Shown piece by piece: positions 50,278 to 63,656 of a stretch of 64,000 nucleotides of DNA. The translations under genes and the position numbers were made by a program. Each line of letters opens with the position of its first letter. Within the stretch, counting starts at the first letter, position 1. The DNA is from Octopus vulgaris (taxonomy: Eukaryota). The notes beneath the pieces were generated by a model. That model saw only the letters and a list, made by a program, of their open reading frames with translations. It had not been told where the DNA came from and searched no databases. The stretch is from the NCBI GenBank assembly GCA_951406725.2, contig OX597821.1:35340001-35404000 (forward strand). Direction: 5' to 3'.

Positions 50278-50720
50278 TTTGGCACATTGCCAGCAGTTCC
50301 AGGGGAAGGGGATAATTCGATTACATCGATCCCAGTGCTCAAAGGATACTTATTTTATCGACCTTAAAAATGTGAAAGGCCAAGTCGAACTCTGTGGAAT
50401 TTGGACCCAGAATGTAATAACGGACGAAATGCCACTAAGCATTTTGTCCGGCACCGTAACGCTTCAGCCAGCTCGCCGCCTCATTAAATTTATTAATATA
50501 AAATTTATTTTAAGGCGATGAGTTGGCTGAATCGTTAGCACACCAAGAAAATGTTTAGCAGCATTTCGTATGCTTTTACGTTGTGAGTTCAAATTCCACT
50601 GAAGTTGCATTCGCCTTTCTTGATCGATAAAATAAGTATCAGTTGTGCACTGGGGAGGTCCATGTAATCGACTTAACACCCAAATCGAAATTGCTGGCCT
50701 TGTGTTAAAATTTGAAATCA
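50278..50720. mobile_element. Two old SINE family B copies head-to-head (50278-50483 minus; 50512-50720 plus)
   Basis: cagccagctcgccgcct, a ~28-bp AT spacer, then aaggcgatgagttggctga. Confidence 0.78.
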
Positions 50721-51411
50721 TTATTAAAATTGAGTTCTCTGAAATAGTGAGGTGCTGAAATAAACTGAATGTATTATATCTAGGGGAAAGTCATTCAGGG
50801 AGAACACTCATTTTGAGTAACAATCATCAAAAGATTTCAAGAGAATTAACATATTTGCAAACATTTCCAGAGAGAACTGCCAGTTAATTAGATACATACC
50901 GTTTATAGAATGCTTCTGATGTTTGCAGTCATTGACTCTGTGATAATGCTTTTGAATTTAATCTTTTGAGTTTTAAAACCAGTTGACCCTAAACAGCGTC
51001 ACTGACACTATCGACCTCAAACACTTTCGTCTCAAATAATAGTATCATCAAACAGAATTATAGTATAATAATTGGACAATTATTTATTATGTAATTGGAG
51101 TTGAAATAGTCAAGTAGTGAAACCAATTCATTTTTTATATGATGTGCTATTTGTAAACGATTTATTTATATATTTAGTGCAACGCAACTTACCACTGAGA
51201 GTGGTAAGCGTAGTAAATAGAACAACCAAACATCCATACCACAATATTGGTAAGGAAACGTTTCCAGAGAACCTAGAAATTTATATCATTTATTTCAATT
51301 TAGCAATGTGAGACACAAACATAAACAAGGCTGCTGATTTTTAATGCGTACTCGCTCCTCCATTTCAGTCAAAGAATTACACGTTTAATACATTTCAATA
51401 TATACTTGTAT

Positions 51412-51620
51412 AAGGCACTGAGCTGGTAGAATCGTTAGCACGCCAGGTAAAATGTTTAGCAGCATTTCATCGGTCTTTAAGTTCTGAGTTCAAAGTTGAT
51501 CGAGGTCGACTATGCGTTTCATTCTGGCGGAGTCGATAAAATAGGTTCCAGTGAGGACTGGGGTCGATTTTATTGACTTCTGCTCTCCCTCGGAATTGCT
51601 GGCCTTGTGCCAGTATTCGA
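51412..51620 (+). mobile_element. SINE family B copy
   Basis: Head, B box, body and ctggccttgtgcc tail. Confidence 0.8.
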
Positions 51621-51681
51621 AGCCTTTATATATTTGACATTTCTCAAAACCAAAGAAAAACAACACGGCAAACAGATTTTT

Positions 51682-51846
51682 ATAGGCGTGGGAATGGCTG
51701 TGTGGTAAGTAGCTTGCTTACCAACCACATGGTTCTGGGTTCAGTTCCACTGCGTGGCACCTTGGACAAGTGTCTTCTACTATAGCCTGGGGCCGACCAA
51801 AGCCTTGTGAGTGGATTTGGTAGACGGAAACTGAAAGGAGCCCGTC

Positions 51847-51918
<72 letters not shown>

Positions 51919-52138
51919 ATGTGTGTGTGTCTGTGTTTGTTCCCTTAACATCGCTTGAAAACTGCTGCTGGTGAGTTACGCTAAGTTAACCGTAACTTAG
52001 CAGTTCGGTAAAAGAGACTGACAGAATAAGTACTAAGCTTACAAAGAATAACTCCTGGGGTCGATTTGCTCGGTTAAAAGCGGTGCTCCAGCATGGCTAC
52101 AGTAAAATGACTGAAACAAGTAAAAGAGTAAAGGAGTA
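51682..52138 (+). mobile_element. SINE family A, full length
   Basis: Near consensus. Confidence 0.92.
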
Positions 52139-52781
52139 CTCAATCCAGATGGGGGAATGAGGCGGCTAAAATGAAGTAAGGAACTAAAATGAGCTCATGG
52201 GCATTCTTTTAAAATGCATATAGTAGACTTAAAATTTATCCGACGCAGATAGTTTTATTAAAAACCATTTAGAAAATTACAGATTCAAACTGAGAATTTT
52301 TGAAAATTACGTTAGATGAAGAAATTATGGATATCAGCAAAAAACTTCTACGAATAACCAATTACGATGACTAGACAGGTGAGAGAATATATAACTCGGT
52401 ACATCCTGTAGTTAGGCTGAAAGTTAATGATGATAAACTGAATTGAAATTTAACATAGATATCAGACCTAAAGCTAGTTAATTTGAAAGAAGGAAATTAT
52501 TAAGTTATATACCAAACAAAATTCTAAACTTTAAACTAGTATCAAGTAAGACTAATTTAAAAGAACTAGTGGCAAGCTACTGTACAGAGAAAAGAAAACT
52601 AGCAAAGCATTACATAAATGAAATTAAAAGCTGTTATATTCATATCTTACTTGAAACTGGCAATTAAGATGAACTGTGGTAAAATTGAAATGAAAAATTA
52701 ACTACTATATTTTATATATGAGTAATGCTGTATGATAAGTAGATCAGTCTGGAGAGGTGTTGTGCATGTGTATCAGAGAAA

Positions 52782-52784
<3 letters not shown>

Positions 52785-52845
<61 letters not shown>
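52785..52845. repeat. (GA)n microsatellite
   Basis: Seen directly. Confidence 0.99.
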
Positions 52846-52848
<3 letters not shown>

Positions 52849-53729
52849 AAAGGTAGAGGGAAAAAGGGAAATTTTGTCAAGAGCACAACGACATAATTGC
52901 TACTTACATCAGTAAAACAATAATGTTTTAAAGTCAATCTTCACATGAAGATCGCTTATTGAAAAGCGTCAAGGTTCCTACCAATCCAAAGTTTCACAAT
53001 ATCTGATTATATCCAATGAAGAGTACATACACATTTCTTTGTATACCCTAAAGATTAGACTCTTATTTAGAGACTGATAGTATATGGATATCATTGCTGG
53101 CTCGGTGTATACTCTGAGTCTTGTCAGGAATGTGAAATAGACTTCCCTGAAGCGATTTCATAAGACAGAAACACATGTGCTACTTTAACCAGTTAACTTT
53201 AAAGGTCAAGTATACTCTAGCTTCTATTGTGTATATTTTCCGAAATGTTCAATCAAGGGACCATTTAGACACCATCACGGTCCCATTTTTTTTTAGACAT
53301 TAAACGCCTCCGAAGTGAGTTTAAATACATTTTTTTTTACTAATTATCACGATAAAATCCTTTAAGCAGCTTTTTTGCATCTTACTATGTTACATAGATA
53401 CAACCTTGCTATGTTTGTATTTCTTATGTAGAACACGTCTATGAAGTATTTTCCCTTGTCATATTAGTATGTTGTACACATATATTTACATATTTACAAC
53501 ATTGATTCTGCTTACAAAACGAATATTCTAGGCTGCATTCAAAAGAAAACTGTTCAGTTGATTGGTAGACATTCAATCATCAATGGAATACATCCACTGG
53601 TGTACATACGTAGGGTTTCTATTTCTTTCTGCTTCTTCAAATTTCTTTCTTATAAAAAGTACAGAGAGAAGTGATTAAATGATTGGTTGCGGCTGCGATA
53701 TGAATGTTCCTTTCTTAAACCTATGATTC

Positions 53730-53761
<32 letters not shown>

Positions 53762-53846
53762 GTATATACATACACATATATACATACATATGTATACATA
53801 TACACACATATATACATATATATATACATACACACACATATAAATG

Positions 53847-53877
<31 letters not shown>

Positions 53878-54187
53878 GTGGAAAGAGGGAGAGAATGGTA
53901 GACAGAGAAAGAGAAAGAAAGTGAAGGTAGGAGAATATTGATGTTCGGCGATCGGTTCTTTGTCGCCTACGAAAGAATGAAATGCAAAATTGACTTTCTC
54001 GAATTTCGAACTCAGAATTTCGAACCAAAAGAAATACCAACAAAACTATATCGAGCCCGTATAGGTCCATGCGTTACTATTGTGGAAGATCTGCAGACAT
54101 CGCTAACGTCCCATCACCGGAGAATAAAAGAGAACGAAGATAAGCAGTCAATGTTCGTACTGAGGTTTTGATCAAATAAGGTTTATA

Positions 54188-54602
54188 TATTCCTTTATTG
54201 CCCACAAGGGGCTAAACATAAAGGGGACAAACAAGGAGAGACAAAGGGATTAAATCGATTATATCGACAACAGTGCGTAACTGGCACTGAAGTTATCGAC
54301 CCCGAAAGGATGAAAGGCAAAGCCGGTCTCGGCGGAATTTGAACTCAGAACGCAACGGAAGACGAAATACGTATTTCTTTACTGCCCACACGGGGCTAAA
54401 CACAAAGGGGACAAACAAAGACAAACCCACGGATTAAGTCGATTACATCGACCCCAGTGCGTAACTAGTACTTAATTTATCGACCCCGAAATGATGAAAG
54501 GCAAAGTCGACCTCGGAGGAATTTGAACTCAGAACGTAACGGCAGACGAAATACCGCAAAGCATTTCGCCCGGCGTCCTAACGTTTCTGCCAGCTCGCCG
54601 CC
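54188..54602 (-). mobile_element. SINE family B dimer (head-body-tail1-body-tail1)
   Basis: 184-bp period; 21-bp TSD tttgatcaaataag(g/a)tttata at 54167-54187 and 54603-54623. Confidence 0.92.
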
Positions 54603-55234
54603 TTTGATCAAATAAGATTTATAGAACAAATCGTATACAGGCTACATCCCGCAGGAATGTTCCAAATGCACGCCGAGGTAAGAACTTAATAAAAGTGGTA
54701 CGCTCGAGTACATTTGAATGTCTTCTACACCTAAGCAAAGTAAATCTTTCATTGCCGCAAATCAAAACATGGCTGCAGTATTAAGTTGCTACAAGACGGC
54801 TAGCTGAGGGAATTGTTAGGCATTTCGTCTATCGTTACGTTCTGAGTTCAAATTCCACCAAGGTTGATTTGTCTTTGATAATTTCGGTATGAATAGTAAT
54901 AAGTACCACTGAAACCAATATTATGTTGCTATCATCCTTTCATACAGGAAATGGGGCAAAAAGGATTTGAACTTTTAATTTTCCCAAGTGAATAGAAAAG
55001 ACTCCGGATGCGTATGAAATTAGAACATAAAGAATCAAAATTAATTAACGCGCGAGAGTAATTTATTACATACGAAGTTCCTCAGGGTTGGGGATGTAAA
55101 TAAGTAAATCCATGTTGCGGCATGAATTGGAGTAAATCTTTACTAGAGTAAATCTAATGTGTGTATACAACAAATATATATTACATGTATATGTGTGACC
55201 ACATATGTACACAGATGTATGTATATAAATGTAC

Positions 55235-55296
<62 letters not shown>

Positions 55297-55425
55297 ATAC
55301 ACACAGACACACACACATATATATGTATATATATACATACATATGTGTACATATGTGGTCACACACATGTAATATAAATTTGTTGTATACACACAATAGA
55401 TTATACACACACATATATATATATG

Positions 55426-55476
<51 letters not shown>

Positions 55477-55568
55477 ATATATGTGTGTGTGTATAATCTA
55501 ATTTGTGTTTACATCAACTATATATTACATGTATATGTGTGACCACATATATATGTATATAAATGTAC

Positions 55569-55624
<56 letters not shown>

Positions 55625-56309
55625 GTATATTTATACACACTTATATGTGTGTGTGTGTCTCTACGTGTGCGTGTGTGTGCGTGTGTGTGTGTATGTGTGT
55701 GTGTGTGTTTGTGTCTGTGTGTTTGTGCGTGTGTGAGTCTCGTGAATCTACCTTCCTGTCAGTCCCAGTTGGTCACAAATTTTATAATAATATTTGTATG
55801 CAGCAAGTCTTCTTCTCCAACTATCAGCAAATGTTCAATTACTACTTTACGACTTTCTTACAGAAAATAGCCTTATTTTAACACATATATATGCATACGT
55901 ATACACGCACAAACACGTACACGCACATACACATTCATGCACGCACAAACACACAAACACTCCCACACACACACAAACACGCGCACACACATATATGTAG
56001 TCACACTAACAATTAACTAACATGCCTATGAATATATAGCCTAGCAGGTTCCGGCATTGAGAAAGTTTAAAGAAGGTTCGTGGCTTCCCCAATTTATTTC
56101 TTCAATTTCTCTTTTCACTCATTTCGATATGATATTTGAGAAAAAAAAATATTAATAAAACAAACACTGAGGAAGTAATTTCTGCAGCTTTCGTTTATCT
56201 TCGTTAATAAAGTAAGAAAAAAAATATATATACTGGCACCTCAGGGTATTTTATGAAGTCACACACACACAAATGTTTAATGTTTATATAGAATATATGT
56301 ATGTATGCA

Positions 56310-56394
<85 letters not shown>

Positions 56395-56395
56395 G

Positions 56396-56503
<108 letters not shown>

Positions 56504-56695
56504 GCTTGCTTTTTATCAATCTTTATATATAAGGGTTCAGGCTATAATTGACTCGGTTGACCTTCGTTAACATTTTTGAGTTGATTTTGCATCAAAATGA
56601 ATAGGAACTGTAAATCTTATTTTACTCATAACTCTCTCTCTCTCTCTTTCTCTCTCTCTCACACACACACATACAGAGATATGTATACGCATACA

Positions 56696-56785
<90 letters not shown>

Positions 56786-58035
56786 CGTATATACTTAATT
56801 ACATACACACACATATAAATATATACGCTTATATATATATTTATATATATATATATATACAACTATACATACATATACATGCATATGTATAATATATGAA
56901 TTACATGTGTGTGTATATATATACATATATACACAAAATTCACACACCCACAATACACATACACGTACACACACACACAAACACACATATATCCAGTGTT
57001 ACATTATTATATTTTTGTTAATCTATTTACTTTGTAGTTATGCATACGAACAGAAATACAAATATATACCTGTGTATATATTGAGATATTTATGTGCAGT
57101 ATATTTACATATAGTTCATAGTGCGATATATTTATACGCACCCATATAATTTTTACATGTGTATATAACTATATAATCTTGCATATTCTATCCTGTTTCT
57201 GAGGCTATGTAATATATAGTTTAGTAAATGCTGCCCAGAAATACACGTGTTTGAAAAGTTGAACAACGAAAGGACTTATTCGCGAAATACTCATAAGAAT
57301 AATTCTTGTCCATAGGTTTGTGATAGGTTTGTGATAAAATGCTATTTTGTAACAGTAAATAACATTAAAATAGCTTTCTTTCAATATTGTGAGTGTATCA
57401 AGTACTTTTCGTTTATGAACACACACACGCACACACTCAAGGCTGCGAAGTAAGGAGCTTGCTTCGTAAACACTTGATTTGACGCTTAGTCAACTTGAAG
57501 AAGACAGCCGTGTATATATATTTCTGTGCGAATTAAACATTTCATCAGAACCCATCGATATTATAAACTCTTCAATTTCCACAACATTAACGTTAGTGAA
57601 ACCTGTTAGACTACATCACTTCCAAGTATTGCGCCTTATAGATGCTGACACATGCCGACATAGTCTCCAGTCAATACTATGGTGTAACAGCTTAGATTTT
57701 ACTAACTGCCTACTTGAAGAATCCTTCATCTGAAATGCTGTAATCTATAGACCCACTCAAACCATTCGACTGCATTACAAAGCGTGATAGCCACTAATTT
57801 AAAATATGGGTGAAGAAGGTATATACTCCACGTGCAACCCATCAAGTGCATGGCTAAGAAAAACACCAACTCGTTGTCTCGTTTCGTCGGAACATTCCGT
57901 GGCCATCATAAGGACTTCTCCAACATAAAGTGGAGTATCAGTCACTGGCAGCTGATAATTCAGATACACCACCACTGGTAGCTGATAATTCAGTATGTAT
58001 ACATATATATGTGTGCATACGAATATATATACATT

Positions 58036-58119
<84 letters not shown>

Positions 58120-58144
58120 TTATGTATATATATATATATATGTA

Positions 58145-58205
<61 letters not shown>

Positions 58206-58209
<4 letters not shown>

Positions 58210-58947
58210 CAACAATTGAGGGTAAAATTAATTAATTAATCAATTTCACCAAGTATTCAGTATACAAAGGGACCATTTAAGGCGAATTCAAATTATTACA
58301 TTATATAAAAGGGCTTAGTAAAATAAATTACTTTGCCGCATACTGAACTCATTAGAAATAGCAGCTAAAAAAACTTTTTTAAAACTATCTCCAATACTTA
58401 AAGAAAACCTCTCTCATATAGTGTTTGCTCAACTCAACTCACGAAAGTATGGGGGTAGAGACATTAAAAAATCAAATGCAAAGGTTATTTGAGAACGTAC
58501 GCTTCAAGATTAGTCAAAATCGACACTTCTATCATCAGCTCAGAACTCCCTGGTTTGGATTTGAAAACACTGAAAGTGGGAGTATACCCTTTCGGCCTGC
58601 CATCGCCTCTGAAGATCTGCTCAAAACTAACAGTGCTAGCAAATTCAAATATGCAAGCGAAGAATTTCTGCTCTCCCCTTTCCACCAGCGTGGGTTAAAA
58701 TCAGTAAACACTATGCTTTTTTCGGTAAAATCCGAGGCATTATATAGAGAGAGATGAATTATAATTTCAACAATTGAGGGTAAAATTAATTAATTAATCA
58801 ATTTCACCAAGTATTCAGTATACAAAGGGACCATTTAAGGCGAATTCAAATTATTACATTATATAAAAGGGCTTAGTAAAATAAATTACTTTGCCGCATA
58901 CTGAACTCATTAGAAATAGCAGCTAAAAAAACTTTTTAAAACTATCT
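58206..58947. mobile_element. 1.33-mer of a 558-bp non-coding hammerhead-bearing unit
   Basis: Direct repeats at 58206-58390 and 58764-58947 (identical except one T); homologous to the 24113 element. Confidence 0.82.
58490..58542 (-). ncRNA. Type-I hammerhead ribozyme motif (GAAG variant)
   Basis: Minus strand: tgag-CTGATGA-[aga..gtc..gac..tct]-GAAG-cgtac-GTT-ctca; palindromic CGTACG stem III; same position in the unit as the 24302 motif. Confidence 0.62.
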
Positions 58948-59485
58948 AGATAGTTTTAAAAAAGTTTTTTTAGCTGCTATTTCTAATGAGTTCAGTATTG
59001 ACTGGAGACTATGTCGGCATGTGTCAGCATCTATAAGGCGCAATACTTGGAAGTGATGTAGTCTAACAGGTTTCACTAACGTTAATGTTGTGGAAATTGA
59101 AGAGTTTATAATATCTATGGGTTCTGATGAAATGTTTAATTCGCACAGAAATATATATACATATACAAAATTCCATATGTGAACACATAAAAGTGACTTT
59201 AGGCTGTATGATTCGATGTTATTCAAGCTTTTGGAATTGCATTTGAAACCTGGCTTCTAGACGCATACTTTCTGAAATTTGAAAGTTATCTTCCTTCCGG
59301 TGTTTGTACATATTTATCCAATTAGTCTTTTACATATATACTAGCAGCTAAGACCGTTTTCTCAAACTTATCACTTCAGGTCCCTTGTTTCGATTGGAGC
59401 CTCCAGCTGTATGAAAAAATATTCTTGATTCCGCATCCCTTGTCAGAAAACAGCTTCAGAATTTGTGGAGAACGAATTTGTGCGC

Positions 59486-59655
59486 AGTCTATTTCTGAGA
59501 GCCATTCTATTGGACCTCTGTCTAATCATTAAAACATTGATTTAATTATTAACATAGAAAGAAGTTATACATTAATCCCCATTTTTGTAAGCAGTTGTAT
59601 CCGAAGAAAAAATTATTTGCTGAGAGCACAAACTGAATGAAGATATATGAAAGGG

Positions 59656-59743
<88 letters not shown>

Positions 59744-60128
59744 GTGTGTGTGTGTGTGTGTTTGTGCGTGCGTGCTTGAGCGTGTGTATGTGAGACAGAA
59801 AAAGGGTCAGAAAGAGAGATAGAGTGAGTGAGTGAAGGTGTGTGTCATGTTGATTGACGTATTTGTATGTAGTCTGTTTCTGAGAGCTATTCTATTGGAC
59901 GTCAGTCTAATCATTAAATCATTGATTTAATAATGAACATAGAAAGAAATTATATATTAATCCTTACTTTTGCAAGCAGTAGCATCCGTAAAAAAAATTA
60001 TTTGCAGAGAGCAGAAATTGAAAGAAGATATATGAAAAGTACGTGTGTGTGTATATATGTGTGTATGTGTGTGCGTTTATGTGTGTGCGTGCGTGCTTGC
60101 GCGTGTGTATGTGAGAGAGAAAGAGGGT

Positions 60129-60165
<37 letters not shown>

Positions 60166-60198
60166 TGAGTGAAGGTATGTGTCGGGATAATTGACGTC
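59486..60198. repeat. Diverged tandem duplication, ~385-bp period, each unit containing (TG)n
   Basis: tctgagagc.attctattggac...gaagatatatgaaa...gagtgagtgaaggt occurs twice. Confidence 0.85.
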
Positions 60199-60880
60199 TT
60201 TTAAGATACAGACACATACATAGAAAATGTGAGGTCATGGTATAAACTTTTTACAATAGTTGATTTATGGAAAAGATTATGTTAATGTTTTTGAATTGCA
60301 AATATGTGAATGAAAATTAAGTTTAGACTTTTACATGGTAGCTAGGCCTGGTAGAAATAACAGCCAAATCTCCCTCAAAATACCCTACTGTCTTATTCCG
60401 ACAATTCTGCCTATTCTGTAGTTTGGATGAGAAACTGTAACTAAAGATTAAGATTATTAACCCCACAAAGAGGTGAAAGAAGAGAGACAGCATAGCGAAA
60501 GGTTTGGCTGACTGTCATCCTGTACTCCACTTGTTGCTAGTGAAATGGTATATGCTGGCTGTGTGAGCAACTGGTTGTTTTGATGGCGGAATAAACAGGG
60601 GAATTCTATTACAAAATGTTTTAATGAATTTTCTCGGTAACTAGGGTGCTAGGAAAAAATACAAACCGCAACACGTCTCCACCCGTGTGCCATTTTTCAT
60701 GCGAATCCACTCAGCCGTTTGGCTGTGAACCTCAAGACAAGAAATCATACAACGATCTCCCATGTCCAGTTTATATTATAGAATATGCATGATAGTTGAT
60801 ATAACTATAAAAATTTCTACTATGTATGTATGTATGTATGTATGTATGTATGTATGCATGTATGTATGTATGTATGTATG

Positions 60881-60914
<34 letters not shown>

Positions 60915-61112
60915 TGTATGTATGTATGTATGTATGCATGCATGTATCTATCTATCTGCATCCGCCCTTTCTTTCTCTCTACATATGCAGGACTCTGTGT
61001 GTGTGTTTGTGTGTGCGCGTGTGTTTATGTGTGTATGCCTGTCTGAGTACGCCAGTCGGTGTGTGTGTATACGTATGCATTTATCTATTTATTCTAAAAT
61101 ATACTATATCTA

Positions 61113-61401
61113 TTGTGTCTGGGGAGAGTCATTTTCTTTTTGAACCTTATAATGTATCACACTCACTGGTAAAATTTCCACTTATTTCTTATTTTTATTT
61201 TCTTATTTTTATTTTCCTAAAATTTTTATTTTCGTCTTGCAACTTTTTCAATAGTCTTGACTCAAGAGTCAAGACTATTGAAAAGGTTGCAAGACGCAAC
61301 GAAAATTTTAGGAAAATAAAAATAAGAAATAAGTGGAAATTCTACCGGTGAGTGTGTTACATTATAAGGTACAAAAAGAAAATGACTCTCCCCTGACACA
61401 A
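61113..61401. mobile_element. Head-to-head palindrome (2-nt spacer) of a short element with a U3:A8 hammerhead motif
   Basis: Arms at 61113-61263 and 61266-61401; the right arm reads cta-TTGAAAA-g-GTTGC-aagac-GCAAC-GAAA-at-TT-tag. Confidence 0.8.
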
Positions 61402-63404
61402 CAGAATATGCTTCAACACACGAAGTCATATAAAGAATCTTGCAAACCAAATCCAAAAAACGAAATACTATATCTATGTATTCTAAAATATACTACAGGA
61501 TAGTACTCATCTAAGAATGCAAGCATACACTTTAGGTGATCGAATGTCTTGGAGATTCATTGATAACTATTATTTTATACAATCTTATATACATTATATA
61601 CAATTTTATACATTTGCCATGATGTTAACATCATAGTCTCCAATATTTACCATATTTTAGAACAGAAAGGACACAACTGACTAAACAACAATAACCCGAA
61701 TTACAACAGCAACAACAACAATAATAGTGACTGCTCCGTTTTGAAATTTCATTCAGGTTCTATTTGTTTATCATTTTGCTTATATGTTTCGGAACGTTGC
61801 CAAAATGGAAATGAAGGAATGTATGAAAGGAGTTTTGAAAGATTAGAATACAATGTCAACAATTATTAGCCATACATCTGTGGTTTCTTCATTCTCTTGA
61901 CTTTACGTCCAGACTCATTTATATTGTTGAAGACTCACTGGTGGATGGTGGAATACCATAAACAGGAATAAATATCGAACATTATCTTTTGGACAGAATT
62001 AGTAGAGGGTCGACCAATATTCCTAGCAAGTTTCTTTAGGTTTATAAGACTCAGAGACACTTAAATTTCTCTGCTTGTCTCAGTGATGCTCCACTGACAT
62101 ATAAAGTGCACTCCGAAGATTTCTCCTTCGCAAAACTAATTCTCACCCGTGCACTCTGCAACATAGATTCTTTTTTAAAAACATGTATTGAGTTGACTAT
62201 TAAAATTTTCGAAATAATTAATAAAATAAAGAAGGAGGTAGTATGAGATCAGACATTGAAATTCTTTGAGTGAGCGAAAGAACAAGGCAGTAGTCACTCA
62301 GTTTGTTAGATAAAGAAGCCAACTCACTCCCAGATCTCACTATTCTTTCTTGACAAGGGTGTATAAGTTCAAATTTCACTGAGGTGCAATTTACATTATG
62401 GTGTTCAAGATGCTCATAAAAATAAGTACTTGCCAAGCACTATGTCTGAACAGTTGATTTCTTCCTATGTAATAAATCGAGATTTAGTCTTTCCCAATAC
62501 CTTGTGTTGTTTAATATTTTTCACGTACAGATATTGGATACCACGGAAGTCGAGTTTGCATTTAATCCTTTATGGTTGGATGTAGTAAATAATAGTCAAA
62601 TATGGAGACCTATGTAACTGATTGTTCTCCCCTCGAATATATGGTGTTCTGTGTCATTGCTACATACCGGTATTTAACGTTATTTGTCAGTGTACAGAAG
62701 ACCATTCTAGACATCAACTGGTTAAACCTTTAAGACTTAACCAGCTGAAGTCCGAAAGTGAATGAACATTGGTTCTACGCATTCGACTCGGTAATAATAG
62801 AAATGACATTTATATTTAGCGGCTCAAACCACTTAAGGCTACTTAGAGACCACAAAATAGCTTGATTTACGTTTCAGAGAGAGATTGTTTTATTGTTCTG
62901 ACATCACGCATTGTCGTAAACAGAAATGTTTCTACATATAGCAATAACAATGTCTGAATTCAAGGTGGTGTAAAGCTGCAGATTATTGTTTGAGACCAGC
63001 AGAAGAATACCAGAAGCTAATTGAATGAATAATAACGCACATACAAAAACTCACATACACACATACTCACATGTGTACTTACACACGTCTGCGTACATTT
63101 ATACATAAGCACTCTGTCTAATAGACTACAGTTTTTGCCACATAAGTATGTTATCGATTCTGGGAGGATGAAATAGAAAGACAATCTCACGTTGCATAAG
63201 GGGTGTAACCAAATATGGCAAGACATTTTATTTGTCACATTACTAATTCTGTAAATGACGCGGTCCTCTATACGGCTTAAAATATCAACATATTCTAAAG
63301 AAATATCGTACATTATAGTTGTTCCCACCAACGCTGAAGCACCGCAAATTATATGATACCGTATTACGTCTAGGTCGATTAAGAAACTGAATATGAAATA
63401 TTTC

Positions 63405-63468
<64 letters not shown>

Positions 63469-63480
63469 ATAATAATAATA

Positions 63481-63520
<40 letters not shown>

Positions 63521-63524
<4 letters not shown>

Positions 63525-63656
63525 GGGAGTATAGCTCCAAACTTACAGGGAAAAATTAGATTTAGTACTAAATCAAATTGTTCAGTATAAATATATAAAA
63601 TATGAATTAGAGATAAAACCACTATTAGGCAACTCACACAGTGATAGACATAAACC
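63521..63656. mobile_element. Short AT-microsatellite-associated repeat, also present at 7758-7815 and inverted at 7886-7992
   Basis: gggagtat..ccaaacttacagggaaaaattagatttag...aattagagataaaaccactattaggcaactca is shared. Confidence 0.8.

Noticed and set aside
58425-58757. ORFs of 66-110 aa inside the 558-bp unit and an 87-aa ORF inside the 24113 unit
   Set aside because: Apart from one short stretch overlapping the ribozyme region, the frames are not conserved between the two homologous units; the similarity is explained at the nucleotide level.
62100-62480. Complex-sequence ORF (72 aa) as a possible host exon; likewise 13900-14230, 16200-16526 and 43000-43270
   Set aside because: No recognisable domain and no supportable splice-site pair; more likely old TE debris.
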